A stretch of 64,000 nt of DNA from Squalus acanthias (lineage: Eukaryota). Below, one piece after another: positions 1 through 11,073 of the stretch (positions are counted from its first letter, which is position 1; each line of letters opens with the position of its first letter). Location: NCBI GenBank assembly GCA_030390025.1, contig CM059430.1:75268001-75332000 (forward strand), written 5' to 3'. The notes beneath the pieces are model-generated. The model was not told where the DNA came from, did no database searches, and was given only the letters and a program-made list of their open reading frames with translations. The position numbers and the translations under genes are program-made.

Positions 1-1250
1 CTTAGAACAAAATCCCCTATCACTATTGCTCTCCCGCTCTTTTTCCCTCCGTCCTGTGCAGCAGAACCACCCATGGTGCCAGGAAGTTGGCTGCTGCTGC
101 CTTGTCCCTAATAGCCATCACCCTCAAAAATATCCAAAGCGGTATATCGGTTTGAGAGGGGGATGGCCACAGGGGACGCCTGCACTACCTGCCTGCACCT
201 ACTACTCTGCCTGGCGGTCACCCATTCCCTTCCTGCCTGTGCGGCCTTTACCTGCGGTGTGACCAACTGATTAAACGTGATATACACGACGTCCTCAGAA
301 TCGCGAATGCTCCAGTATGTATCCATTCGCAGCTCCAGCGCCGCAATGTGGTCTGCCATTAGCTGCAGCTGGATACACTTCCCGCACACATGGTCGTCAG
401 GGACACAGGAAGTGTCCCTGATATCCCACATAGTGCAGGAGCAGCATGCCACTGGGCCGAGCTATGCTGCCATGATTTACACTTTAATTAATTAAATTAA
501 ATTAAATCAAATCAATGTCACTAATTAGTCTACAATTAAATGATATACTCAAGGGCCCTTGTTTACTAGCACTCCCGGATACACAACAGAGACCTTAGAA
601 AATATAACAAAAATAATTAAGACCGTCTAAACTTTTATCCTTAACTGTCAAACTGTAGAGTAGTATAAATACTCACCTGGCCTTGCTCACCCAATCAGCT
701 GCTTCCTCTTGCCCGCATCACTTTTTGAATAATGGCGTGACTCTGGAATGCCGCCATCCATCTGCGAGATTGACCAGCCTTTGAAAAAAGCACGCAAAAG
801 TAAGTTTAAATACTCACTGTACTCTCCTGCTGCTCCTGACACCAGCCTCTTCCTACAGGGTGAAAAGTTAGGAAAAACAAAGGCGAAGCAAGGGAGCTCC
901 TCCTTCCACTCCTCACCTAACTCTGACTCACCCAACTCGCAGCACTCTGTCCAAACCGTACTCAGTGCAAAATCGCCCTTCAAAGCCTGTTTTATAGGCC
1001 CTGAAACAAAGGAGATTTGCTGAGCCCAGCCAAGGAGAACCAGCTTAATCTGGTTTCCCTAATTAACTGCCTTCAGCTGCTTTGAATTGTCGGCCTTGCA
1101 TATCCCTTTATAACCCTGCTTAAAGCTGGGAAATATAGATTTTAAACAGTAGACAGTAACAGTAAATGTGAAACAAACAAAAGTTTGATTTTAGCAACCA
1201 GTTAAGCCTCCCTGACTCACCCAACTCGTAGCACTCTCTCCAAACCGTTG
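1..1250 (-). mobile_element. 5' part of a CR1-clade LINE (5'UTR plus degenerate ORF1), continuing off the left edge
   Basis: Minus ORF 108..452 (CCSC...CGKC zinc-finger-like motif, then heptad LQLMADHIAALELRMD and PVAIPLSNRYTAL) is typical of vertebrate CR1 ORF1. A 37-bp direct repeat (923-959, 1212-1248) lies in the presumed 5'UTR. Confidence 0.8.
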
Positions 1251-1453
1251 TTGATGGAAGGCGCTCAGCCTAATGGATGGCTGTCGGTGAAGAATAGTAT
1301 GTAACAGATTGACCCGCCTTCTGAGCATCATGGTAAACAATTGAAACCATATAACGCAAAATATGGGGAAGTCACTGTAAGTACCAGACGTTCTCAGTAC
1401 TGTTGATTATTGTAGGATATGGCTGGCGCTAGTTATCGCTGCTGACATTCTAA

Positions 1454-2219
1454 GGGACCTTAAATTTGTGATCGGAATAACGGTGAGGCTAACAGCACTC
1501 AGTGTTATTATGGAGTAAATCGGCACAACTTTCGGAGTCAGCACATGCAAAGTTTAACATTGAAATGCGAATGTTACTGTATGAGTTGCTCTGATCCTCC
1601 ACAAGCTTCGGTACATCAGTACCTCGCCGATAGATTCAACATTAAAATAGATGAAGAGCGAGTAATTGCGGTCCTTACCAAATAGTTACCCACTATACAT
1701 GGCAGATAAAGTTAGAACTGGTGCATTCAGGTGTAAGTGATTTTTTAACAACGTGATAAGTCTTACTTACTGCCAACCAACCACTCTGGCCGGGAACATT
1801 TTGTTTTACAAGTGTGGACTTTCATTCCTTCAGAATTTAATTATTATTGGAGATTATAAAGATGTATAGTTTTTTACTTTTTATTTCTGCCACTTTTAAC
1901 TCTCTCCCTCTCTCAAAAACCCATCTTTAATTCGCTCTCTTTAGTTCTATTTTTCTATATCATCTTACATTGAATAAAATATTCTAATTCGTACCTGCTG
2001 CTTCAGATTCTGCATGTCTCGGTGTGGATTCTTCAAACTGATTGGTGGAAGAGACACGCTGTTGCTTGCCCTGCGCACACACGCCACAGATCCCCTGTAG
2101 AAAAGGATCTCATGCAACCTTAAATTGACACTCAAAAGCACAGGTAAAGTATTTGTACAGCTGTAAGAGCAATGAATGGCGAGATCCCTTCTTTCGCCCC
2201 TGATCACAATATCCGGGCC
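1454..2219. mobile_element. Non-autonomous MITE-like repeat (probably PIF/Harbinger-derived)
   Basis: Imperfect terminal inverted repeats (gggacc..tttgtgatc / gatcacaatatccgggcc). The internal sequence recurs at ~56700-57390 (tattatggagtaaatcgg..actttcgga). Confidence 0.55.
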
Positions 2220-3293
2220 ATTATCTTTCTATACTTCATTGTTGGGAATCAGTGGATATTTTATGCATTGACTGCCCTGGTGACCACTTTCCATTGTCCG
2301 TGTTCCTCTCTCTTTCGAGCCCTGCGATGTTCTGTGTCAAAAGCCTCTCCCCCCACTCTCACCTCCCAAACCCAATCCCTCTGTCCCTGATCAAAAGATG
2401 CATCAAGGAACCTGGGGTCTCTTTGTCCTCCTGCAAACGTGCCGGAGATTAGTTTACTACAACCCTATGTACTTTTACACGTATCTGTTTTGGGTTTTGT
2501 CTGCGCCACTGCCGTTTGAAGCATCTGCAAGCCATTAATTCTGCAACAGCCTACCCCGCCCCCAGGCCCAAAGATTTATTGACCTTGGTCACTGAATGAC
2601 AGCGACGACGCTTCACAGTATGGATGAAACATGGAAAAGATCGACATTGCTGTTGATATTTTGAAAGCAGAATCACAGACCATTGAGCAGATAGTCGTTC
2701 CTAGACAACCACCTACGGTTACCAATCATCAAATAAATTAATTGCGCAAAAAACGGCATAACCGGCAGTATTGAACATGATACGTGATTTATGTAGTGTT
2801 TGCGTTAGTCTGCCAAACCATCACGGGAGATCTGAAGATATCTCACTAAATTTGTGGGCTGTAGTGCTTTAAATCTTTCACAATTTCCTACAGCACGGTC
2901 CGAAACATCTTTCCTGTCTGATCTGAAATGGTATAGTACACTAAGGGAGAACGTTGCTGCAGTTCTCACAACCTTCAACGTATCTTCGCAGGATGATCAA
3001 CAGAACCCATGCAGATACGAAGTAACGATCATGATTAGCCAATCCCGGAGGATTCCGCCGGTCTCCCGTCAGAGAATACCGTGGAAAATCTAGGCGCAGA
3101 GCACTGAAGTATGGAATGTTCCAGGACCTTTTAATCATAGCTTTCCTTAGAGTAGGAGGACCCGCGGCATGGTCTGTCCAGCTGTCTGTGCAGAAACTTC
3201 AAATTCCGAACTGGCGCCTCTTCTGGCGCATGTACAACTGTTTCTGCAAATCTCACCAATGGGACAAAAAAGACGTGTTCTGAACAGGATGTC

Positions 3294-3348
3294 ACGCTCA
3301 GCGTGAAGTATTTCATTCTCCGGCGCTTCAACCTTCAGCCAGTTCACG
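3294..3348 (+). other. Candidate degenerate leader exon of gene A
   Basis: Reads ACG-LSVKYFILRRFNLQPVH-G|gtctgt, a phase-1 donor compatible with the V exon. It starts with ACG rather than ATG, has RR in the hydrophobic core, and has a weak donor. Confidence 0.25.
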
Positions 3349-3596
3349 GTCTGTCGCTCCGAGTGATCAATTGGTTCAGAATGTTGGCGAGTGCTGTACT
3401 TCAGTGCCTCTCTGTTCTGGGGATCATGTTCACCGGTACCTGTTGTTTCTATACCTTGCTTTCTAGCTAAAACGTGGAGTTTCTTAACTTCCATTTGATA
3501 CAACATGTTTTATTGTCCTTTGCACACATTGCCTGACTCGCGCTTTTTCTCCTCTAATATTCTCATTAATTCAGTTTTGATTTTCTTTTCTGACAG

Positions 3597-3917
3597 ACTC
3601 CTGCGAAGCTTCGGTCAAAGTGACTCAGCTCCCTGAAAGCGCGAACATAAACACGGGTACAAGCGTTTCCTTTCATTGTTCGATTCCGTTCTTTCAGGAC
3701 GGACCACGGGTGAAGGTGTACTGGTGGAAACAGGGTGATAATAAATATCTAAGCACAGGACCTGATGACAAAAAAGTAACTGGCTCCAAAACGAAATTCA
3801 GCGGCTTCCTTCAGATAATCAATTTGAGTGTACAAGACTCGGGAGTATATTATTGCACTGTCGCCCTTCGAGGCAGAATAGTTGGAAACGGAACTGGATC
3901 CAATTTAGCTGTCTGGG
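3597..3917 (+). CDS. Gene A exon: Ig V-set domain with germline-joined J-like G strand
   Basis: Acceptor ttttcttttctgacag|, phase 1. Encodes DSCEASVKVTQLPES..VSFHC..VYWWKQ..LQIINLSVQDSGVYYC..GNGTGSNLAVW. Donor G|gtaagt. Canonical Cys-Trp-Cys and DxGxYxC. Confidence 0.95.
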
Positions 3918-4891
3918 GTAAGTATTATTGAAGCGGCGAATGAGATCCATTGACTATTATTTCACACTGCGAAGCAATTTTCTATTGTGCTTTGCAGGAT
4001 TCACAATGCAACTTAAATTCCGGTCGTTTTATGTGTATATATTCAAATTGCACTGTTGACTGCTTCACGTTACATGCTAATTTGTATTACAATATTTCAG
4101 CAATATTAATCAAGAGAATCATTATCGGTTTCATCCAAAGTACACAGTAAGCATGTATACAGCAAGTATTTGAAGTTAAAATTGCAGTGTCCGTTAAGGA
4201 TGTGTATAATGGATGGGAGCGGGAATCCGCCACTGTATGCACCGATCTTACCCTATTTGATGGTTTATTTTTTTCTGCGTTGGTTACGGAGGGCTGGCTA
4301 TTTGTATTGGGATTCAGATTCGCACATTTATAATTTAATGGTCTATATCTTAAGAAAGCCAAAATGCTAACTGTTAATGTCCGCACTCTGTAGCTTGAAC
4401 CTCGGACCCCTTATTTTAATCATCATTGCAGCCTCCAGCAAATACGGTTTCACACGGACCTCCGTACCATAGCCCCTCTATCTTGGGTAAATTATACTTC
4501 CTCATCAGATGTTATGCTCAACGGTATGGAATTTGTCCGCAGCCGTACCGCAAAACAAGCGACAGTGAATCGGCAGCCCGATATACACCACACTCGATGT
4601 GCTTTCCCATTAGAAAAGAAAATCAGTCGAGCTGTAAAAAGGGTGGCCTATTCGCTGTCATCCGGTTTTCGTCCCGCGAAAGCAGTTTAAATTACCGCCG
4701 ATATAAAGTTGAAATGTATGAAGAAGACATTTACGATGTTGGTACCAATAGCGCACAGTGAATACCAGGCCCTCACTACCACCTCCACCCACAACGCCCA
4801 CGTTGTGCTGTTAGGAATGGGCTGAAAGAAAATGTTGTGTTGATAATCTTGAATAATGTCCAAGTAACGTTCTTTTCTTCCATTTTTCTAG

Positions 4892-5200
4892 TTCCGCCAA
4901 CTCCACTGAAAATTGTCTCTCAGGAACATAAAAAGGATTCACCTGCGTCTCTGACTGTACTGTGCACAACATCTCCCTTTTACCCGCAGAATATCAGCTT
5001 CACTTGGTATAAGGATGGAACCAAAATTACAACAAGGATAAATAACATTAATCAACACAACACTGATGGACTATATGAAGCTTCCAGCCGGTTGGAAGAG
5101 ACGCAGGCTGTCCAGACTGGGACCGTTTATACCTGCCTGGTGTCTCACATTACACTCAAAATTTCAGCAACGGCCACTCACATTGTCACGTACCCTACAG
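4892..5200 (+). CDS. Gene A exon: Ig C1-set domain
   Basis: Acceptor catttttctag|. Encodes PPTPLKI..LTVLCTTSPFYPQNISFTWYKDG..DGLYEASSRL..YTCLVSH. FYP, W, GxY and YxCxVxH are C1 signatures. Donor G|gtagga; 309 nt, phase 1-1. Confidence 0.95.
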
Positions 5201-5214
5201 GTAGGATTTCAGAT

Positions 5215-6645
5215 AGAATCTTTGAATCTTACAGCCAAGAAAGAGACCATTATGCCCGACGTGCCTTGGGAGGGTTCTTTGAAAGAGCTGTCCAATTTAA
5301 TCCCCCACACCAGCTTTTTCCCCATAACTCTGCAAATTAGTCCTCTTCCAGTATTTGTCCAATTGCCTTTTGAAAGTTCCTACGAAAACTGTTCCCACCA
5401 ACCTTTCTGTTAATGCTTTCTGAATCCTAACAACACTTCGTGAGAAATTAATTCCCCTCAATTCGCCTCTAGTTTTTAACCAATAATTTTAAATCTATGA
5501 CTGATTGTTCCTGACCCATTTTCCAGAGGAAACAGTTTCTCCCTCCTAGTTCCATCAAAATCTCTCATTTTTTTGAATTCCTCTATTACGTATCCCCTTA
5601 ATCTTCTCTGCTCCCTTGAGAATAATCCCACTTTCTCCAATCTCTCTGCATAGCTGCAGGCTCTCATCTCTGTTATCATCCTGGTAAACCTCCTCTGTAC
5701 CCTTTCCAAGAACTTGATATCCTTCCTAAATTGTGGTGCACAGGATTGGACACAGAACTCCAGCTGAGGACTAGCCAGTGATTTGTAAAGGTTTCGCATG
5801 ACTTCCTTGTTTTTCAATTCACTGCCTCTATTTACAAAGTTCATTATTCCATGTACTTAATTAGCCATCTTATCATCTTGCCCTTCCACCTGCAAAGATT
5901 TGTGAATATGCACCCCAGGTTCCCCTGCCACTGTAAGCCCCTCAAAATATTACTATTTCAATTACACTGCCTCTCCATTTTGTTTCACCCATGTGCACAC
6001 TTCACATGCCCGCGTTAAATTGATCCTGACATGTGTCTGCCCGTGTCACCACTCTATCTATGTCCTGCTGAAGTCTTCTACTATGCTCCTCACTATTTAC
6101 TACGTTGCCAAGTTTTCCATCTTCTGCAAACTTCGAAATTGTACTCGCTGTATCCAACTCCTAGTAATATAGGCATACCAAGTAAGGCATTGGTCCTAAT
6201 ATCTATCCATGGGGGTCCCCCAACACATAATTCTCGGCAGTCAGAAAAGGCATTCTTTCACCACTACACTCTGCCACCTTTCAATGAACCAATTACGTAC
6301 CCAGGATACCACCATCCCTAAAACCCTATGTGCTTCCACTTGCCGAATAAGTCTATTATGAGTTAACTTTTCTAACGTTTTTAAATCTTTTTAAATCTTT
6401 TTAAAGTCCATATATATTCTGAACGACCTTCATCAATCCTCTCTGTTATTTCGTCAAAGAACTCAATCTGGTTAATCAGACATGATATATCTTTAACAAA
6501 TCCATGTTGGCTGTCCCTTATTAAGCCTTGCTTCTCCCAGTGAGTTTTAATGTTGTCCTTACCGAGGGTCTCCAGTAATTTTCTAATTAACGTTAGATTA
6601 ACTAGACTGTAGTTAACTGGTTTATCTATCTCAATTATCGTGCAA
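5215..6645 (-). mobile_element. Degenerate CR1 LINE 3' half (RT), intronic
   Basis: Minus ORFs 5476..5844 (LERVQRRFTRMI..LFSREQRRLRG) and 6381..6668 (SQHGFVK..CLINQIEFFDEIT). Confidence 0.85.
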
Positions 6646-7326
6646 GTAAACGGTTTGCTGTGATCCATCCCCCTATCATTTGTTTACTTTTTCTCAGATA
6701 CAATTATCCGCGGCATTCTGCCAGGTATTGTGCTCCATGGTCTCTGCAACAGCTGTTCGACATCTTCTGCCACAATGGAAGTCACGGTCGTGGTGTGGAA
6801 CTGAAGTGTGGGACAGTATCCCGCAGTAACTCGCACCCTGTGGTTCCATGTCGCAACATGTCGGAGCTGGACCGCTAGCTCCTGCATACCTTAAATCGTG
6901 CTGTAATGTTCAGCAAGCTCTAAATTTAGCAACTTCAATTAGCCGACTTATAAAACAGTAAACTAAACATGATCGCACGGAAGCCAGTGGAAATAAAAAT
7001 GGGGAGAAATGTAAATCAATCTGCCGACTGGCTATCGCCCATTTTACAGTAACGCACGATGTAAGAATTACCCCCTGATATCCCAGTCTTATTTCAACAA
7101 GAAACAAGGAAACAATCACATTTGAGATTAAGACAGGTTAACTTAAAATAACGATTCTTTAAGCATGAAAAATTAACAAAGACCAACACTTATATTATGT
7201 TTCATAAAATTGTAACTTCTTAAAAGAAAATTAAAATATTTTAATGTTTCTGATCTTTTTGGTCATGGTCTTATTGAATTGAACAGTGTAGGGCTTCATA
7301 TTGATATATTTAATTAAAACTTGTAG

Positions 7327-7437
7327 GTGGTGAGATCATCCATTACTTGCTGATTTCTGCAAGTGCAGGGGGCGGGCTGGTAGTCTTGCTGCTGGCTCTC
7401 ATCATTGGGAAGCAATGTGTCTCAAAGGAAAACATAG
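7327..7437 (+). CDS. Gene A exon: transmembrane segment
   Basis: ttgtag|..|gtaaga, 111 nt, phase 1-1. Encodes GGEIIHYLLISASAGGGLVVLLLALIIGKQCVSKENI, homologous to gene B TM exon (YLLI..GG..L.II.GK). Confidence 0.9.
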
Positions 7438-8069
7438 GTAAGAAATAAATTAGACTTTTTACTAAAGTAAGATCAACGTTCAAACAGAGTGTGAGCGAGA
7501 ACTTCCTGTTATATGTCGAGAGAAAGTTAGTTGATTGCAACTGAACGGTTCAAAGAACAGTTACTCTGTCTCACAGGAACAGGGGCGGTTGCTGAACGTA
7601 ACATTGTATCCTGGGTTTTAAGCTGTATGGGACGCTATACAGTCACCCCTATCTGCTTCATTTACACAAATTGCAGCACCTGATGTATTGGATATTGGTT
7701 TCATCACTACCGCTGTAGTGGTAGATTCGAATTTCTAAAATGTTTTGGAATTTTCCGAGGGCCCACAGCCACCGGCGGACTGGCACTCCGCTTTATTGAA
7801 AAATATTGTTCACTGTGTTCGAGTTTAAGCCCATTCCGGACAATGAACCTAGAATTGTGGGTAGTGCCCCCGTGATTTTCCAATCAGTATACCGTCGCGT
7901 GCAATGCCTCGCCGGCAACTGAAAATGTAATTGTCAAAAATAAGTCGGAAACCAAGCAATACGTTAAAATGTGATAGCTAGATCATGTTCTACTTTAAAT
8001 TGAATCTACCGAAGTTTCTTTCCAGGCTGAGTAAATGCCTCATTTTAAAGTCTTGAACTTCATTACCAG

Positions 8070-8113
8070 GAGAACAGAACGATGGCGAAAGATCCGACTA
8101 TCGCGAACAGCCG
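8070..8113 (+). CDS. Gene A exon: short cytoplasmic exon
   Basis: cattaccag|..|gtatgt, 44 nt, phase 1-0. Encodes GEQNDGERSDYREQP. Gene B has a 44-nt exon of the same phase at 28946-28989. Confidence 0.75.
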
Positions 8114-8414
8114 GTATGTGTGCATGATTCATTTTAATGTAACTCAGGTGTAAAAATATACATAACAGTTATAATCTATTTAAAGCAATCATATTTCACG
8201 TTATAATCTATTGCTCTAAAGATTCATAGAAAAATAGCGCAGAGTGAATTCAGCACTTATGCAGCACACACATGGAAACGATCTTCGTCAGTAGGTCAGA
8301 GGCAGCTGAATTGTAACTGTCATCTGTTGATTGTGAATAAACATATTATTTAAATTTACCATCAACTTTAATTAATAGTGAATAACTGCTTTTGCTTCCT
8401 GGATACAGCGGACA

Positions 8415-8805
8415 GTATGTTGGCGGCAGTCCATAAAGCTGTGCCGAATAACTAACTCTGGACTTAATCTAGTGTACGTGAGTTCAAATCCTATCATTGT
8501 AGCTGGAGATTTTGAATTCAGTTTTTTTAAAACCTGTAAATAAAAAATGTTAGCTGCAGAAGTGACCATGAAGCTGTGGGATTGTCTTAAAACCACAACT
8601 GGTTCACTAACGCCCGTCAGGGAATGAAACCTGCCATTCCTACCCGGTCTGCACTGTATGTGACTCCAGTCTACACCAAGGTGGTTGAATCTTAAATGCC
8701 TCCTGAAGGCTCCTCTGAAGGCCAGCACTACCACTTTCTGAGGCAAACCAGGGATGGGCAAAAAAGCCGGCCTTGCCCGCGATGCCCACATCTCTAGAAT
8801 TAATA
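8415..8805 (+). mobile_element. tRNA-derived SINE with LINE-derived 3' tail
   Basis: B-box-like gagttcaaatcc (~8480). The 3' tail cactaccactttct..ggcaa..gccggccttgcc..cccacatc matches the 3' end of the LINE at 50990-51680. Confidence 0.7.
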
Positions 8806-9420
8806 TAAAACCAAGCACAATGATACAGGCTGGCGGTGCCAGTTTAATGATTTGTTGTTCCCGCGCCTGCCCAGAGCACAGAAACTGAATTTTGGGTGAA
8901 TTTGCGGAAATGTTAAGAACACAACGAGGCAGGTGACGATCAATCGGCATTCCCTTCAGTCGCCTCGTTCTCCCGTCATATTATCTAACTGAATTTACTA
9001 CACCTCTAATGTCAACGCCCAACCTCCACCTCCTTGGGCGGAATTTGCTGCTTCACCGCACAGGCCGTGAGACCAAGCAAGCATGGATAAACTTATCGGA
9101 AGATTGAGGGTTATTTGCCCGCCATCTACCACATATTGAAATGAATAGACAAAAACGAGTTGGCATTAACTATAGATTTTCCAATATATATATCGCCTGT
9201 TGCATGTGATCAACGATCCCGGGAAGGAACCCGAGTATTCCAGCCCATCAAGAGACTTATTCGAAACATATCTGATTTTGTCAGTGTATATGATTTTCCT
9301 GATATCTGTTCGACATTGGTTTTCCATTTGTATCCCTAGTTCTAATTCTTCTCCGTGATTGAGTCATCAGGGTTTAATTAACGTGAAAGAGAGATGGACA
9401 TTGATGTAGAAAGAATCATA

Positions 9421-9447
9421 AATATATATATATATATATATATATAG
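9421..9447. repeat. (TA)n microsatellite
   Basis: Direct reading. Confidence 0.9.
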
Positions 9448-10545
9448 ACATATATTATACATAGTTATAGATAAAGAAATAGATATTATGACATTGTAGA
9501 TGAATTGAAAGCTGAACATAAAATTCTAGTCCTGGAGATCAATGAGAAGCTTTAATAATATCTCTTGTTCCATGTTCTGATCCTTGATTCCAGAATTCTA
9601 TTTGCTGTTTACTTGTCTTAACAGCGAAAGTGAGCTGACTACTGTTAACCCCAGACCCCTTTCTGTCTCCCTGTGCTAATTCAATTCGAACCATTGTATA
9701 ACAATGACACATATTTCCCTATTATGTCTAAAGCTCGATTTTATAATGACTCTAAATGATTTTATTATGTTTTGCTGCAACGAAAGTGTAACTTCAACTA
9801 TGGAAACCGTGCCAGATTGAGGTTATTTTAACGAGACGACTCCTATCAATGGACTTCAGGGATGAACTTTGATCCCTTATTGTTCTTTATTTTCCTGACC
9901 TGTAAATTTCGCGTGATTTCCGTAACTTCGGCGGGATGCCAGTGGAAGTTCCAGACAAACGAGGTATAGGACGCTTTCAGCCTATTACAACGTTCCTATG
10001 GGGCTTCTGGTGGTCATCCAGCGAAGTGAGATCAGGAGACTGGTTGTAGATCCGCGGATTTGAGGGGGTTGATTTTAGTATTTAGCGTCTGAGCGTTAAG
10101 CAATGCATGGCGGAGCGCAGAAAGGGAAATCTTGTGGGGAGGATCGCTCGTCCCGAGGGAATTTTTTGCATTCGTTTCAATGGTAGGAAACTGCACGGGT
10201 TCTGTTGCCAGCAGCAGCTCCGCAAAATTTTCTAATCCATGCTCAGCCCTGACGATGCCTCAGGTCCAGGGGGTAAAGAGGAAAGCTCCTTACACCCTAC
10301 TCAAATTATCGAATATTTGTGATAATGCGACTGATTCCGCCTGCTGGGCACTGACGGCGCAGGCACGGAGCACAAACAAGGAGGTTGTGGCAGCCGTGTT
10401 TGATATTCCACCCATTCTTTTAATGGATGGACCTTGGACCTGCGGTTTTCGGGCCTGCTCACATCGTTCTGCGCAGGGAGCGCCCAAACGTGGTATCTGT
10501 CCTAAGAGCATAACAAGATATATTTTTACCGTTCCTTCCATGCAG

Positions 10546-10644
10546 GGAGCAGCCGATGTGATGGCGCCTTATGCCGCACTAGATCTGACCAAATCCCGGA
10601 AAGATCCAAGACCAACGCATAAAGAGAGGACAGTGTATGCCCAG
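10546..10644 (+). CDS. Gene A exon: cytoplasmic, tyrosine motifs APYAAL and TVYAQ
   Basis: ttccttccatgcag|..CAG|gtttgg, 99 nt, phase 0-0. Encodes GAADVMAPYAALDLTKSRKDPRPTHKERTVYAQ. Confidence 0.85.
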
Positions 10645-10857
10645 GTTTGGCTGGGGAGCAGAACAAAGAGACACAGATTACCTGCAATTAACGGGCATGC
10701 GGGGTAGTGTAAGAAATACCTTGATAGTACTTTAGTAATCTTTTATATTTAATGCTAATTCTGCGAGGATCCAGCTATTCCAAGGAATATGCTAAACATT
10801 ATTTTGTAAATAACTACAATATCGAAGTAATGATATTTCCAAACATTGATTTCACAG

Positions 10858-11073
10858 ACCAAGCAAAGGGCGCCGGATAATAAGCTGACCTACGCTGCTG
10901 TAGACATGACAGGCTCCAAGAAAACAACAAAGCCTAATTTTAAGGATAAGAGCACGGAGTATGCTCAGCTACAGATGAAAAATCAAACAGCAGACGTTAT
11001 TTACACGGAAAGAAAAGCCAAGTTATATTGGCGTCCAATGCAGAACCCGTTTTATTTGTGTATAACTAACTAG
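10858..11073 (+). CDS. Gene A last coding exon: ITIM LTYAAV and ITSM-like TEYAQL
   Basis: gatttcacag|, phase 0. Encodes TKQRAPDNKLTYAAVDMTGSKKTTKPNFKDKSTEYAQLQMKNQTADVIY..CITN*. Confidence 0.85.
   Translation, partial: TKQRAPDNKLTYAAVDMTGSKKTTKPNFKDKSTEYAQLQMKNQTADVIYTERKAKLYWRPMQNPFYLCITN

Noticed and set aside
748-1023. Ser-rich 91-aa ORF
   Set aside because: Lies antisense within the CR1 5' region and has no recognisable motif.
3850-3917. Rearranging Ig/TCR locus, prompted by heptamer-like cactgtc after YYC and cactgtg at ~28505
   Set aside because: No nonamer at 12/23 spacing. V and J-like strands are fused in one exon that ends in a splice donor, and the tail is ITIM-type.
4837-5340. 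ORF-track products 4837..5340, 24211..24627, 26923..27351, 28235..28501 and 10132..10707 as standalone proteins
   Set aside because: They are single exons read into flanking introns; splice sites define shorter coding parts.
7577-7680. Alternative TM exon after tctgtctcacag
   Set aside because: The translation (GTGAVAERNIVSWVLSCMGRY..) is poorly hydrophobic, whereas 7327-7437 matches the gene B TM exon.
8372-8950. 192-aa minus-strand ORF
   Set aside because: Mostly the antisense of a SINE.
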